Source: Candidatus Hydrothermarchaeum profundi (GTDB lineage: Archaea; Hydrothermarchaeota; Hydrothermarchaeia; Hydrothermarchaeales; Hydrothermarchaeaceae). Taken from it: a DNA stretch of 64,000 bases. The translations under genes were made by a program, and so were the position numbers. Position 1 is the stretch's first letter; each line of letters starts with the position of its first letter. The stretch covers positions 1,512,989-1,576,988 of the forward strand of contig MTMF02000009.1 of NCBI GenBank assembly GCA_002011125.2, given 5' to 3'. The notes under the pieces were generated by a model that worked only from the letters and a program-made list of their open reading frames with translations, was not told the DNA's origin and did not search any database. Shown here piece by piece: positions 37,951 through 47,541 of the stretch.

Positions 37951-38658
37951 TTAGGGGTATTCTAATACTAATTTTTCTGCTAGTTTAAATATATCTTTAG
38001 CTGCCTTTGATGAGGGATTTCTCATCAAAAGCACCTTCCCTTCCACCAATGATTTCTTTACTTCTTCGTCTTCTGCAACTTCCCCGATTACTTTAATGCC
38101 CATAATATCTTCTATGTATTTTGTTGGAATATCATAAGCACTTCCCACTCTATTTAGTACCAACCCGAGGACTTTCTTACCTAGCCTCTCAGCTACAACC
38201 TTCGTTTTAAGAGAGTTTGTAACTGAAAGTATGTCCGGCGTAGCCACAAGTAGCACAGCATCACATGCTGAGATAGCGGTTATAGCATCTATTCCAAGGC
38301 CGCTAGGAGCATCAACCAATACAACGTCATACTTCTCCATTAATTCTTTAATAAAATTCTTAAGAAGCTCTATGTTCAAATCCTTGAGATCTTCCACTCT
38401 AACGCTACCAATAGCTAGTTCGACACCATCAGCCTTTAACACGATATCTTCAACTCCTGCACTGCCAGATAAATATTCATGAATCGTCGGAACCTTGAAG
38501 TCTATCCCAAATATGAGGCCCATACTAGAGCCCTCGACATCTGCATCTACTATAGCAGTCTTATATCCTAGCTGGGAGATAGCTACTCCAAGATTAGCGC
38601 ATATAGTGCTCTTTCCAGAGCCTCCTTTACCAGAAGCTAGGCATACACTTACACCCAT
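37951..38658 (-). CDS. minD: MinD/ParA-family ATPase
   Basis: Deviant Walker A SGKGGSGKST, VDAD, VDAPSGLG, LVLNRV. Confidence 0.85.
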   Translation of the reverse strand: MGVSVCLASGKGGSGKSTICANLGVAISQLGYKTAIVDADVEGSSMGLIFGIDFKVPTIHEYLSGSAGVEDIVLKADGVELAIGSVRVEDLKDLNIELLKNFIKELMEKYDVVLVDAPSGLGIDAITAISACDAVLLVATPDILSVTNSLKTKVVAERLGKKVLGLVLNRVGSAYDIPTKYIEDIMGIKVIGEVAEDEEVKKSLVEGKVLLMRNPSSKAAKDIFKLAEKLVLEYP

Positions 38659-38661
38659 CAG

Positions 38662-39051
38662 CTATCGCTCCAAAACTTTTCTAGGAGGACTCTTAAGTAA
38701 CCAATCGACCATATCCAAAAGCTTGTCTTTATCGATGGGTTTAGAGATATGCCAGTCTGCTTGCTCATCCAAGCTTTTTATCTTATCTTCGTCAGATGAC
38801 TTAGCTGTCAGTATTGCGATTGTGATAGATTTCGTATCTTCTTTACTTTTTAGTATCCTTAAAATATCATATCCGTCGAGACCTGGCATCATGATATCGA
38901 GAAGAATTAAGTCCGGCTTCTCGGTCTTTACTTTCTCCAAGCATTCCTCTCCATTATATGCTTCTATTACTTTGTGTCCTCCTTTTTCTAGGATTTTCTT
39001 TATTAAATACACTATGTCTGGTTCATCGTCAACTACCAGAATCTTTCCCAT
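38662..39051 (-). CDS. Stand-alone receiver
   Basis: VVDDE, DLILLDIMMPGLDG, LTAK, KP. Confidence 0.93.
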   Translation of the reverse strand: MGKILVVDDEPDIVYLIKKILEKGGHKVIEAYNGEECLEKVKTEKPDLILLDIMMPGLDGYDILRILKSKEDTKSITIAILTAKSSDEDKIKSLDEQADWHISKPIDKDKLLDMVDWLLKSPPRKVLER

Positions 39052-39058
39052 TTAAATC

Positions 39059-39751
39059 TCATCCCTTAGGTAATTCAACGTAAAAAATGCTCCCCCCACC
39101 CGGATTATCTTCTACCCACACCCGTCCACCATGCAGGTCCACAATTCGTTTTACTATTGTTAGTCCAAGACCTGTTCCTTTAATCCCTTTTTTTTCGCCA
39201 GTTATGAATCTATAGAATATCCTTTCTTTGTATTCATCCTTTATTCCTACTCCCTGATCTTTCACTATTATTCTTATCTTTTCTCCAAGGTCCTCAGCTT
39301 CCACAGTAATTTTAGAATTCCCCGGACTATATTTTATAGCATTTGAAATTAGATTTAAGAAGACATTCTCAATTAACGGGGATATACAAGCAACATATTC
39401 GCCTTTAATCCTATTCTCTAAAAGGATATTTTTCTCCCTAGATTGAAACTCAAAATGCTCGAGTACTCTTTCTATTATAGGGGATATGTTTCTTATTTCG
39501 AACTCCAATTTTTTTTGATCAGCTAATTCAACACACATAGAGGCCTGATTTATAATTTCTTCAAGTTTAGAGGCATTCTTTTTTATCATCTCTATCTTCT
39601 CTCTTATTTCCGGAGATGAAACCTCTTCCTCGAGTAATTCAGCGACATTTTTTATCACACCTATCGAGTTAAGCATATCGTGCCTAAGGATGTCTATGAA
39701 GAGGTCCTTCAATGCTAACTCTTTCGTTAATTCATCCTTTGTTTTCTTCAA
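39059..39751 (-). CDS. Sensor-less histidine kinase
   Basis: LRHDMLN H box, NAIKY, DQGVGI, GTGLGL; no input domain. Confidence 0.88.
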   Translation of the reverse strand: MKKTKDELTKELALKDLFIDILRHDMLNSIGVIKNVAELLEEEVSSPEIREKIEMIKKNASKLEEIINQASMCVELADQKKLEFEIRNISPIIERVLEHFEFQSREKNILLENRIKGEYVACISPLIENVFLNLISNAIKYSPGNSKITVEAEDLGEKIRIIVKDQGVGIKDEYKERIFYRFITGEKKGIKGTGLGLTIVKRIVDLHGGRVWVEDNPGGGSIFYVELPKG

Positions 39752-39966
39752 AATTACTCACCTATAGTAGTGATATAGCTTCTACAAAATCACATTAATA
39801 TACGGCACATTTAAATGTTTTTATTTGTGAACTCATAATTCTCTTTATTATTTTTAGAAATTAGCTAAAATTTTGAAGTAAAAAAAGAAAATAAGTTTAT
39901 TGATTGTTTAAACCTTTACATAATTGCAAAAAAGTTAAAAAAGGATAGTAATGAAAGTAATAACTT

Positions 39967-40359
39967 ATGACAAAGATAATGGTGGTAGATGATGAGCCCG
40001 ACATCATCTTTCTAATCAGAAAGATATTAGAGAAAGCGGGATATGAAGTAACTGAAGCATTAAGTGGTGAGGAAGCTCTCGAGAAAGTTAAAAAAGAAAA
40101 GCCGGATCTCATCTTGATGGACGTGATGATGCCAGGCATTGATGGAGTAGAAGCTGCAAGAAAGATTAAGGAAGACGATGAAACAAAGCATATACCTATA
40201 ATCATGGTAACAGTGAAGACAGAAGAAGAAGATATGATAAGGAGCTTCCAACAGGCCCACTGCGATGCTCACGTTGGGAAGCCTATTATTCGGGAAAAAT
40301 TGCTTAAGACCATAGAATGGGTGTTAAAGACCAAAAAAAGGTGGGAGGGAGATAAATAG
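39967..40359 (+). CDS. Stand-alone receiver
   Basis: VVDDE, DLILMDVMMPGIDG, VT, KP. Confidence 0.93.
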   Translation: MTKIMVVDDEPDIIFLIRKILEKAGYEVTEALSGEEALEKVKKEKPDLILMDVMMPGIDGVEAARKIKEDDETKHIPIIMVTVKTEEEDMIRSFQQAHCDAHVGKPIIREKLLKTIEWVLKTKKRWEGDK

Positions 40360-40379
40360 AATTCCCGGCCAACTATACT

Positions 40380-41006
40380 GTGCTACTATACGGGCCACCA
40401 GGAGTTGGAAAGTTTGAATACTGTCTAACTTTAGTTAACCTTTGGCTAAGTAAGGGAGAAAGAGTGATATTTATTACAACTGAGAGGTCTCCCGACGAGA
40501 TAAAAGAAAGAGCTAGTGAATATGGCATTGACCTGGAGAGCAGAGAAGGGGATAGATTTCTATTCATTGACTGCTATTCGTGGAGTATTGGGAAGAGCTA
40601 TGAAAAGGGATTTACAATAGAAAACCCTGCAAATATAAACGAAATCAGTATTGTTATAGAAAAAGCTACTGGACAAATGGAAAAGCCATTGCGGATTGTT
40701 TTTGACTCTCTCTCACCACTATTTCTCCATAATCCTCCGGAAGCTATGTCTAAATTTTTTCAAGTCCTGAACTCTAGAGTTAAATCCGAGTACGGATTTA
40801 TTTTATACACTCTTCAACAAGGAGTACATGATCCACAGATTGTGAATACATTAATTTACCTTGTGGACGGATACTTAGAGATGAGATTCGCTGAAGAGGA
40901 GAAGCTTGAACGGATGTTCAGAGTCCATCATATGAAGGGGAGAACCGTGGATACTTCTTGGAAGAAGTTTGAGATAGGGGATAGGGGATTCGAGTTTTTA
41001 GAATAA
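40380..41006 (+). CDS. KaiC/RAD55-like single-domain RecA-superfamily ATPase
   Basis: GPPGVGKF (altered Walker A), FIDCYS, IVFDSLS, LVDG; probable ATA start at 40356. Confidence 0.85.
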   Translation: MLLYGPPGVGKFEYCLTLVNLWLSKGERVIFITTERSPDEIKERASEYGIDLESREGDRFLFIDCYSWSIGKSYEKGFTIENPANINEISIVIEKATGQMEKPLRIVFDSLSPLFLHNPPEAMSKFFQVLNSRVKSEYGFILYTLQQGVHDPQIVNTLIYLVDGYLEMRFAEEEKLERMFRVHHMKGRTVDTSWKKFEIGDRGFEFLE

Positions 41007-41008
41007 GA

Positions 41009-41398
41009 TTAGGGTTTCACATATACAATATAGCTAGCGTTTTCGACCAATTTTTTTTCCGCTCCCTCATAAACTACAATAGTTGACTTAAAAGCACCAA
41101 GAGCAGAAGGGCGAACCCTCCAGATCAATTGGAATCTCTTCTTGGTTCCTAGGTATATCGTGTCTTCAACTCTTTTAGCTCCATTAAAATACAGTACGTA
41201 TGTGTAAAGCTTTCTGCTATCCGAGGGATTATATATCTCCGCTCTACCTACTACTTCTTCTCCTATCTTTGCTACTGAGTGACTAGAGGTTATAGTCACC
41301 TCGCTTGTTATTTGCGAAGATAGCTGATGTACTACCAAGCCTGCCAGCAGAAAGAAAATCACTATAGATCCTAGATAGATTAATCTAAGGCGACGCAT
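41009..41398 (-). CDS. Membrane-anchored Ig-like hypothetical protein
   Basis: N-terminal TM then a beta-rich domain (YTYVLYFNG), similar to a domain of 47542..48258. Confidence 0.55.
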   Translation of the reverse strand: MRRLRLIYLGSIVIFFLLAGLVVHQLSSQITSEVTITSSHSVAKIGEEVVGRAEIYNPSDSRKLYTYVLYFNGAKRVEDTIYLGTKKRFQLIWRVRPSALGAFKSTIVVYEGAEKKLVENASYIVYVKP

Positions 41399-42329
41399 AC
41401 TTGAACACACTTCTGCGTAACAAGAAATATATTACTATAGGTAGGAGAGCTAGTCCCATGCCAAGTGAAAACTCTGGCACAGGAGGAGCTTGGAGATCAA
41501 ATTGATCATAAAACGTCCAAGTAGCTCCGCCGTCAGTAGACACATAAATAGTAGCTAATCCCGTAGCGGCTCCGGAAAGAGAACATCCTGTATCATAATC
41601 GGAGAAAGTCCCTGTAGCGCTAGCGGTTAAGCCAAGCTGAGTACAGATAGTAGATCCGTCAGAAGCATTTACCTTCATATCAATAACTTGGTTGCTCCTC
41701 CAGCCTGATCCACTTACATTTAACACTTCATTTGTATACCATGTACCTCCTGTGCTATTAGGTGGAGCAGGGTCTCTAGAATCATAGAGACTACCAAAGG
41801 TTACATTAACCCATATCTGAGTCACTCTATTTTCAGTCATGCCGCCGCTATTACTACTACGAGTACCGACTTGAAGGCTGTTGATGTCAGACCAAGTCCA
41901 GTTATTAAGGGTATTAGGATTAGTTGGCCAGCTCTCACTATACAAGACATAAGAAGTAGTGAGTGAATATTCTGTTCCGAGATACTGTGTTGCACCTGTA
42001 TAAATAAAAATAGTAGCCAATTCATTTCCGAGGGTTCTTAAATACTGATAGACAGTTACATTGGATATAAATCTAGTCTGGGTGGAATCCTCAATGTTTA
42101 GGTAGTAGTCACGATTTCCAGCGGAGGTAGTGTAGAGATATGTGGTATCGCCGTCTTGAACAGTTTCATTTACGCATTCATAATAACTCCCTGCCGTACA
42201 GCCAACTCCTCCTGACCATCCAAATGAAACTCCATCTGCATTAGGCCTAAGAGTTAACTCTTCAGCACCAACACCTTTTGGTAAAATAAAAATCATTATA
42301 AATACTAAAGCAAAAGCTAATTTTTTCAT
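41385..42329 (-). CDS. Surface glycoprotein with PEF-CTERM sorting signal
   Basis: Signal peptide, Thr/Ser-rich beta domains, C-terminal VPEF + TM + LRR. Confidence 0.75.
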   Translation of the reverse strand: MKKLAFALVFIMIFILPKGVGAEELTLRPNADGVSFGWSGGVGCTAGSYYECVNETVQDGDTTYLYTTSAGNRDYYLNIEDSTQTRFISNVTVYQYLRTLGNELATIFIYTGATQYLGTEYSLTTSYVLYSESWPTNPNTLNNWTWSDINSLQVGTRSSNSGGMTENRVTQIWVNVTFGSLYDSRDPAPPNSTGGTWYTNEVLNVSGSGWRSNQVIDMKVNASDGSTICTQLGLTASATGTFSDYDTGCSLSGAATGLATIYVSTDGGATWTFYDQFDLQAPPVPEFSLGMGLALLPIVIYFLLRRSVFKYASP

Positions 42330-42455
42330 TCTTTTTTAATTTTAATTTTTACTAATATTTATAAATATAAGCTGTGCTTTATATCTAAAATTAAGAAAGT
42401 CCGAGGTTGTAGGATGCTTTTTAAGTCAAAAGAAAAGAAGAATTTTGGAATTAGT

Positions 42456-45400
42456 ATGAGGAGGAGAATTACATTAAATGCAGGTATACTTTGTTTCATA
42501 TTGTTATTAATTATTCCCTTTGCTGTCTCCTCTAGCCCTCCAACTATCACCCTAATAAGCCCGGAAAATGGTACAAATTTTACAACTACGAATAATATTA
42601 CGTTTGTGATTACTGTTACTGATGACGAAAACTTAAAGAACATAACGCTCTACCATAATATTTCCGGGGAATTCAAGGAAAATCTTACAAAAAACTTTGG
42701 TGAATTTGAAAAAGATGACAATACGCTCCTACTTTGCCATTTTAATGAGAATTACACCTGCGTAGATGGAGAAGTTGGAGTCAATCTTTCAACTTCTTTT
42801 GCACCAGGTAAATTCTTAGAGGGAGTTCTTATTAATAACTCAGACAACTTAACGTATTCAACGAATGGAAATTTCAATAAAAGCCAAGGAACAATAGAAT
42901 TTTGGGTTCAACTAACAGCTAACGCTTCGGACATAACAGATGAAGCACATTTCTTTACAATCGGAGATCCGGCCGACCCTAACTACGCAAACATGTTCGA
43001 CATATACTTAACATTCGACTGGTCCTTATGGATTCCTTACATATACTTTAGTGTAACTGACTATACAGGCAGCTCAAAATACGTGAGACAATCTGTATCA
43101 AGTTGGAAAGCTGGCGAATGGCATCATATCATAGCTATATGGGACTTAGATAACAATGTCACACCTCTTGGCAGTCGGCTTGAGCTATTCTTAAACGGCT
43201 CTAACAAAGGAAACCAGCATTACTATGATACAAGCGATATATATCAAGACTCGACCCCACCTTACATATTTATTGGGAGCTGGGTAGACAGTACGTTGCA
43301 GGCAAACTCAGTTATAGATGAACTCCGTATATCCGACAAAATCAGAAACGCCTCAGAAATAAATCAATCCTATTACAACGGGATCAAAACATATACCAAT
43401 GAAACAATACGGTGGACAATAGAGAATATTCCAGATGGAAACTATATTTGGAATGCTATAACCTACGACAATGAGTCTAACTTTGATTGGGGAAATACAA
43501 ACTATTCGTTTACTGTAGATATAACGCCACCGACTATTACTAATGTTACTATAGCACCAAATACCTCCGACGATATTGACCCAGGAGTCACAATCAATAT
43601 AACAGCTAATGTCAGCGATAGGCATGGCGTAGGTACAGTGCTCCTTCAATGGAAAGAAACAGGAGATTGGAATAATGTTACTATGACCAATATAGGTGGA
43701 AACGGCTATAATGCTTCCTTTGATATAGACTCAACTGGTGGAGTGTACTATTATAGGATCTGGGCAAACGATACTTTTGGAAATTCTAATTACTCCTCCA
43801 CCAAGAACATAACAGCAGAATGGGACTACACATGGTTGAGAACTCCTTCTGACCTAGGGACAGTAAACGGCTCCATCTACTCCGAGAAGAGTATAGGAGT
43901 CTTTACAATAGAGAATACGGGGGATGATATTCTAAGCTTCCAGCTATCTAGCGATTGGCCCTGGGACATATCATATAACATAACATCTCCTTTTACACTT
44001 GGCGCAAAAGAATCAGTTAGTATAAATGTTACCATAAAATTCGCAGATAGAGACGAAGAAAGGGAGATGAAGATCAACATAACAGCGTCACACGGTACTG
44101 AAACACCCTCTCCTACGTCAGCAGTAGTAAATGCTACTATAATTACTTACAGTGGGGGACCTTTCTTAGTATTGGACATTACAGAATATTCGGCCTCAGT
44201 ATCACAGAGCCAGATTTTCAACTTAACTGCGAGATTGAAAAATCTAGGAAATGAAAGCGCCACTAACACATGGATAAACTGGACACTAGCAAGCGGATGG
44301 GAGAATATAACAGGAAACATTAATTACTCTATTGGAGATGTGAACAGCGGGAAAACAGTATTCAGCATTCTAACTACGACTGTGGATGCAAACTCAGGGG
44401 CACCGGGAATATATACTATAAACGTTAGTGCTAGTTGCGCCCAAGGCGTAAATGCCAGCGACTCAGTTGTAATCGCAGTAAGCTGTAACGACTCAGATAA
44501 CATCTGTGGCTATGGTTGCACATATTTAACAGATGACGATTGCTCACCTCCATCTAGAGGCGGAGGAGGAGGCAGAGCACCAGCACCACCACCTATAAAG
44601 ATAATCGAGGTTCCTCCCCCAACGTATAGTCCGACTCTACTGCAAAGAAAGCTACTCTTACAAAGTCTAGAAAGCTTTGAAATAGTTCGAGGGCAAACCA
44701 GTTCTTTCATTATAAATGTTACTAACCCCTTTCCAAACTCTACTTTAGAAAACATTACTATACTTATTGAGGGATTCATAGAAGGCTACCTTGAAGTAAA
44801 CCCGGTACCCGAAGAAAAATTAGGCATTATGTTAGCGACAGATGAAGCCGTCACAATACCCTATAACCACACTAGAAGCTTCGAGGTAGTCGTTACTGCA
44901 CCAACATACGCTGAAAAGGGAGAATACCCATTAAACATCACAATTCTCGGCAAGGTGGTCTATATTGATTACCCCGTCACAATAAATGAGACAAGCGGAG
45001 CACCAATAACCACGAAAAACTTTACGCTAGATATGATAGAAACAAAAGTAATCCGCCTATTTGTGCACGCAGTAAGCAGAGAAGATGCACTTACAGGAAT
45101 AAGTAAAGGCGAAACCGCAGTCAGATACCTAGAAAATGCAGGACTACCAATAAAGCGAGTAACAAGATTGATAGAAGAAGCGAGAAATGCTTTAGCTCAG
45201 GGAGATTATGAGAGAGCAAAAGAACTTGGAGACGAAATTGAAAGAATAAAAGACACAGCATTCTCGACAAAAGAAAAGATAGAGGAACTAAAAAGAAAAG
45301 TAGCTGAAGCCGAAAGCGATAAAGGATTAAAAGTAATCAAGACGAAAGAACTTATAGATCTCGCTATAGCAGCCTTTGAGAGAGAGGCTTATTCTACAGC

Positions 45401-45977
45401 CTTTGAGAGAGTACAAGAAGCTGAACTAGTTTACTCTCTCGAAACCAAAGGAAAAGTAAACTACGCTAAGTTCTTCTTAGACTACTGGTGGGCAATATTT
45501 ATGGCCGTAGGTATTATTCTCGCAGGAGGAGCAATAGGCTATAATAGATACCTCACATCAGTAATCTCTACCCGGATAGAAGAAATAGACCTTAAAGAAA
45601 AAGCTATCATAGACCATATGGTGGAGGCTCAAGAGAAATACTACTTAGACAGAATTATGAGCAGGTCAGAGTATGAGGACACAATGAATGAATATCGCAG
45701 AAGACTAGCTGACCTTAAACGAAAAAGAACACAGCTAAAAACCGAAAGGGCAAGATTGCTAACTCCTAAGAAAACTTTAGAGGACCTAATAAGAGAAGAG
45801 AAAATGCTTCATGATATGATTAAGGACATTCAAACACAGTACTATATGATGAAGGCAATGGGACCAGAGGAATACCGAGAAATACTTGAAGGACTCACAA
45901 TGAGACGAGCAGAAGTAGAAGAAGAGATAGCCCTCATGGAGGCTAAGGTAGCTAAAGAGGAGAGGAGCAAAAGATGA
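42456..45977 (+). CDS. Large surface protein (LamG-like and Ig-like domains, TM, cytoplasmic coiled-coil repeats)
   Basis: LamG-like GTIEFW...WHHI...IDELRIS; many NxS/T sequons; GGGG/Pro linker; TM YWWAIFMAVGIIL; start MRRR preferred over 42414. Confidence 0.75.
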   Translation: MRRRITLNAGILCFILLLIIPFAVSSSPPTITLISPENGTNFTTTNNITFVITVTDDENLKNITLYHNISGEFKENLTKNFGEFEKDDNTLLLCHFNENYTCVDGEVGVNLSTSFAPGKFLEGVLINNSDNLTYSTNGNFNKSQGTIEFWVQLTANASDITDEAHFFTIGDPADPNYANMFDIYLTFDWSLWIPYIYFSVTDYTGSSKYVRQSVSSWKAGEWHHIIAIWDLDNNVTPLGSRLELFLNGSNKGNQHYYDTSDIYQDSTPPYIFIGSWVDSTLQANSVIDELRISDKIRNASEINQSYYNGIKTYTNETIRWTIENIPDGNYIWNAITYDNESNFDWGNTNYSFTVDITPPTITNVTIAPNTSDDIDPGVTINITANVSDRHGVGTVLLQWKETGDWNNVTMTNIGGNGYNASFDIDSTGGVYYYRIWANDTFGNSNYSSTKNITAEWDYTWLRTPSDLGTVNGSIYSEKSIGVFTIENTGDDILSFQLSSDWPWDISYNITSPFTLGAKESVSINVTIKFADRDEEREMKINITASHGTETPSPTSAVVNATIITYSGGPFLVLDITEYSASVSQSQIFNLTARLKNLGNESATNTWINWTLASGWENITGNINYSIGDVNSGKTVFSILTTTVDANSGAPGIYTINVSASCAQGVNASDSVVIAVSCNDSDNICGYGCTYLTDDDCSPPSRGGGGGRAPAPPPIKIIEVPPPTYSPTLLQRKLLLQSLESFEIVRGQTSSFIINVTNPFPNSTLENITILIEGFIEGYLEVNPVPEEKLGIMLATDEAVTIPYNHTRSFEVVVTAPTYAEKGEYPLNITILGKVVYIDYPVTINETSGAPITTKNFTLDMIETKVIRLFVHAVSREDALTGISKGETAVRYLENAGLPIKRVTRLIEEARNALAQGDYERAKELGDEIERIKDTAFSTKEKIEELKRKVAEAESDKGLKVIKTKELIDLAIAAFEREAYSTAFERVQEAELVYSLETKGKVNYAKFFLDYWWAIFMAVGIILAGGAIGYNRYLTSVISTRIEEIDLKEKAIIDHMVEAQEKYYLDRIMSRSEYEDTMNEYRRRLADLKRKRTQLKTERARLLTPKKTLEDLIREEKMLHDMIKDIQTQYYMMKAMGPEEYREILEGLTMRRAEVEEEIALMEAKVAKEERSKR

Positions 45978-46753
45978 AGTATCTTGTAGCCCTACTAGTA
46001 ATATTTATCATAATCCCTAATGTATTTGCTCAAACCATAGCAGAAAATGCTGAAGAGGCCCTCAATAAAGCTAGAGAAGACATGCTAGAAATGGCTGGAC
46101 TCGGTTTTAGCATTGAATATGTTAATGACACTCTCCAAAAAGCAGAGAAAGCGATGGAAGAAGGAAACTATGAGCTAGTGATAGAAAATGCTAAAAAGAT
46201 AGCTGAGAGAAAGGAGGATGCACTACGCATAAGAGATTCTCTCAGAGCATTAGCACTCAGGATAACGGAAGTCAAGAATCTCGGTCTAAACACAAGCCGG
46301 GCAGAGGAATACTTTGAGAAAGCCGAGAGATCCTTTCAAAGGGAAAACTACGATGAAGCAGAAGACTGGATTTTCCAAGCAAATAAGTATCTTTATGATG
46401 TCGAGGCAGAATACACCTTACTTAGAGCCAGATATGATGCCGCAAAGGAAAACATATCTGTGTTCTTAAGCGAGAACGGGGGGAAGATTATCTTAGCTCT
46501 CATTATAGTGAGTACAATAACATTAGTATCTTACAGGTATATCCGGCGAGAGCGAAGCGAGAAAAAATTAAAAGACTTAGAACTGGAAAAAGAAGTCATT
46601 AAAGAGATGATAAAAAAGACCCAAGAAAAATATTTCAAAAAAGGAGAGATATCCCGCAATAGCTACGAAGCTAGGATAAAGAAATATAGGGAAAGGCTAC
46701 GAGAGATAGAAGAGGAAGTCCCAATATTAAAGAAACAACTAGGGCTAGCGTAA
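45974..46753 (+). CDS. Membrane protein resembling the C-terminal part of the upstream surface protein
   Basis: Signal peptide, helical repeats, TM, tail QEKYFKKGEISRNSY; ATGA coupling. Confidence 0.65.
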   Translation: MKYLVALLVIFIIIPNVFAQTIAENAEEALNKAREDMLEMAGLGFSIEYVNDTLQKAEKAMEEGNYELVIENAKKIAERKEDALRIRDSLRALALRITEVKNLGLNTSRAEEYFEKAERSFQRENYDEAEDWIFQANKYLYDVEAEYTLLRARYDAAKENISVFLSENGGKIILALIIVSTITLVSYRYIRRERSEKKLKDLELEKEVIKEMIKKTQEKYFKKGEISRNSYEARIKKYRERLREIEEEVPILKKQLGLA

Positions 46754-46771
46754 AGAATCCTTTTTCGATCC

Positions 46772-47506
46772 TTAGAATTCTCCGAAAACCTTCTGCGTGG
46801 GATAGACTACGATGCCTTTCTGGCTTATAATTTCCATAGGAACTATCTTTCTCTGAAATTTAGCTCCTCTCATCTTTAAGACTTCTATAGCGCTTTCTCG
46901 TCTCTCTCCCTTCCTTATATTGTATAAAACAATCACGCCGTCAGCTAAGAACTCTTCCACGCCGCTCCTACTATACCTTGTAGGATCGGTCTCTGTCTCA
47001 GTTATCAAGAATGATGTAGCATTCAGGCTTTCTAGATATCTAAAAAGTTGCTCTGCATACATCCTATAATTCCTTTCATTACCATAAAAAGCGGTAGAAA
47101 TCGATGACAGCGAATCAATCACTATCCGATCGGGCTTAAAGCCTTCTGGAAGGAAGACAGGATCTGCTTCAATTAGAAGCTCTTTTCTAGCTTTTTCAAG
47201 CAAAGCTTCCACTGTTCTACTAACCTCCAAAGGATCATAGCGCTTTATTACAAGGAGTCCTTTCTCCTCCAACTCTTCCGGATTCCAGCCGAAATCACGC
47301 ATATGCATTCTAAGCTTTTCCTCAGACTCCTCAAAACTCATGTACAGACATTTCTCGCCCTGTAATGCTGCATAATTCAATGTCTGAAGACAAAAAATTG
47401 TTTTACCGCTTCCAGGACCGCCTGCAACTAGAACGGATACTCCTTTAGGTATCCCCTTCTCAAAAAGTTCATCAAACCCAGGTACACCTGTTTTTATCCA
47501 ATCCAT
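46772..47506 (-). CDS. KaiC/RAD55-like single-domain ATPase
   Basis: IKTGVPGFDEL, GGPGSGKT, SFEE, IVIDSLS, EEFLADG, LKMRG. Confidence 0.9.
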   Translation of the reverse strand: MDWIKTGVPGFDELFEKGIPKGVSVLVAGGPGSGKTIFCLQTLNYAALQGEKCLYMSFEESEEKLRMHMRDFGWNPEELEEKGLLVIKRYDPLEVSRTVEALLEKARKELLIEADPVFLPEGFKPDRIVIDSLSSISTAFYGNERNYRMYAEQLFRYLESLNATSFLITETETDPTRYSRSGVEEFLADGVIVLYNIRKGERRESAIEVLKMRGAKFQRKIVPMEIISQKGIVVYPTQKVFGEF

Positions 47507-47541
47507 ATTTATTAAAAATCATACTTTATTTAAATCCTTTT

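Noticed and set aside
40380-47506. KaiABC circadian clock
   Set aside because: Both ATPases are single-domain, and no kaiA or kaiB is present in the window
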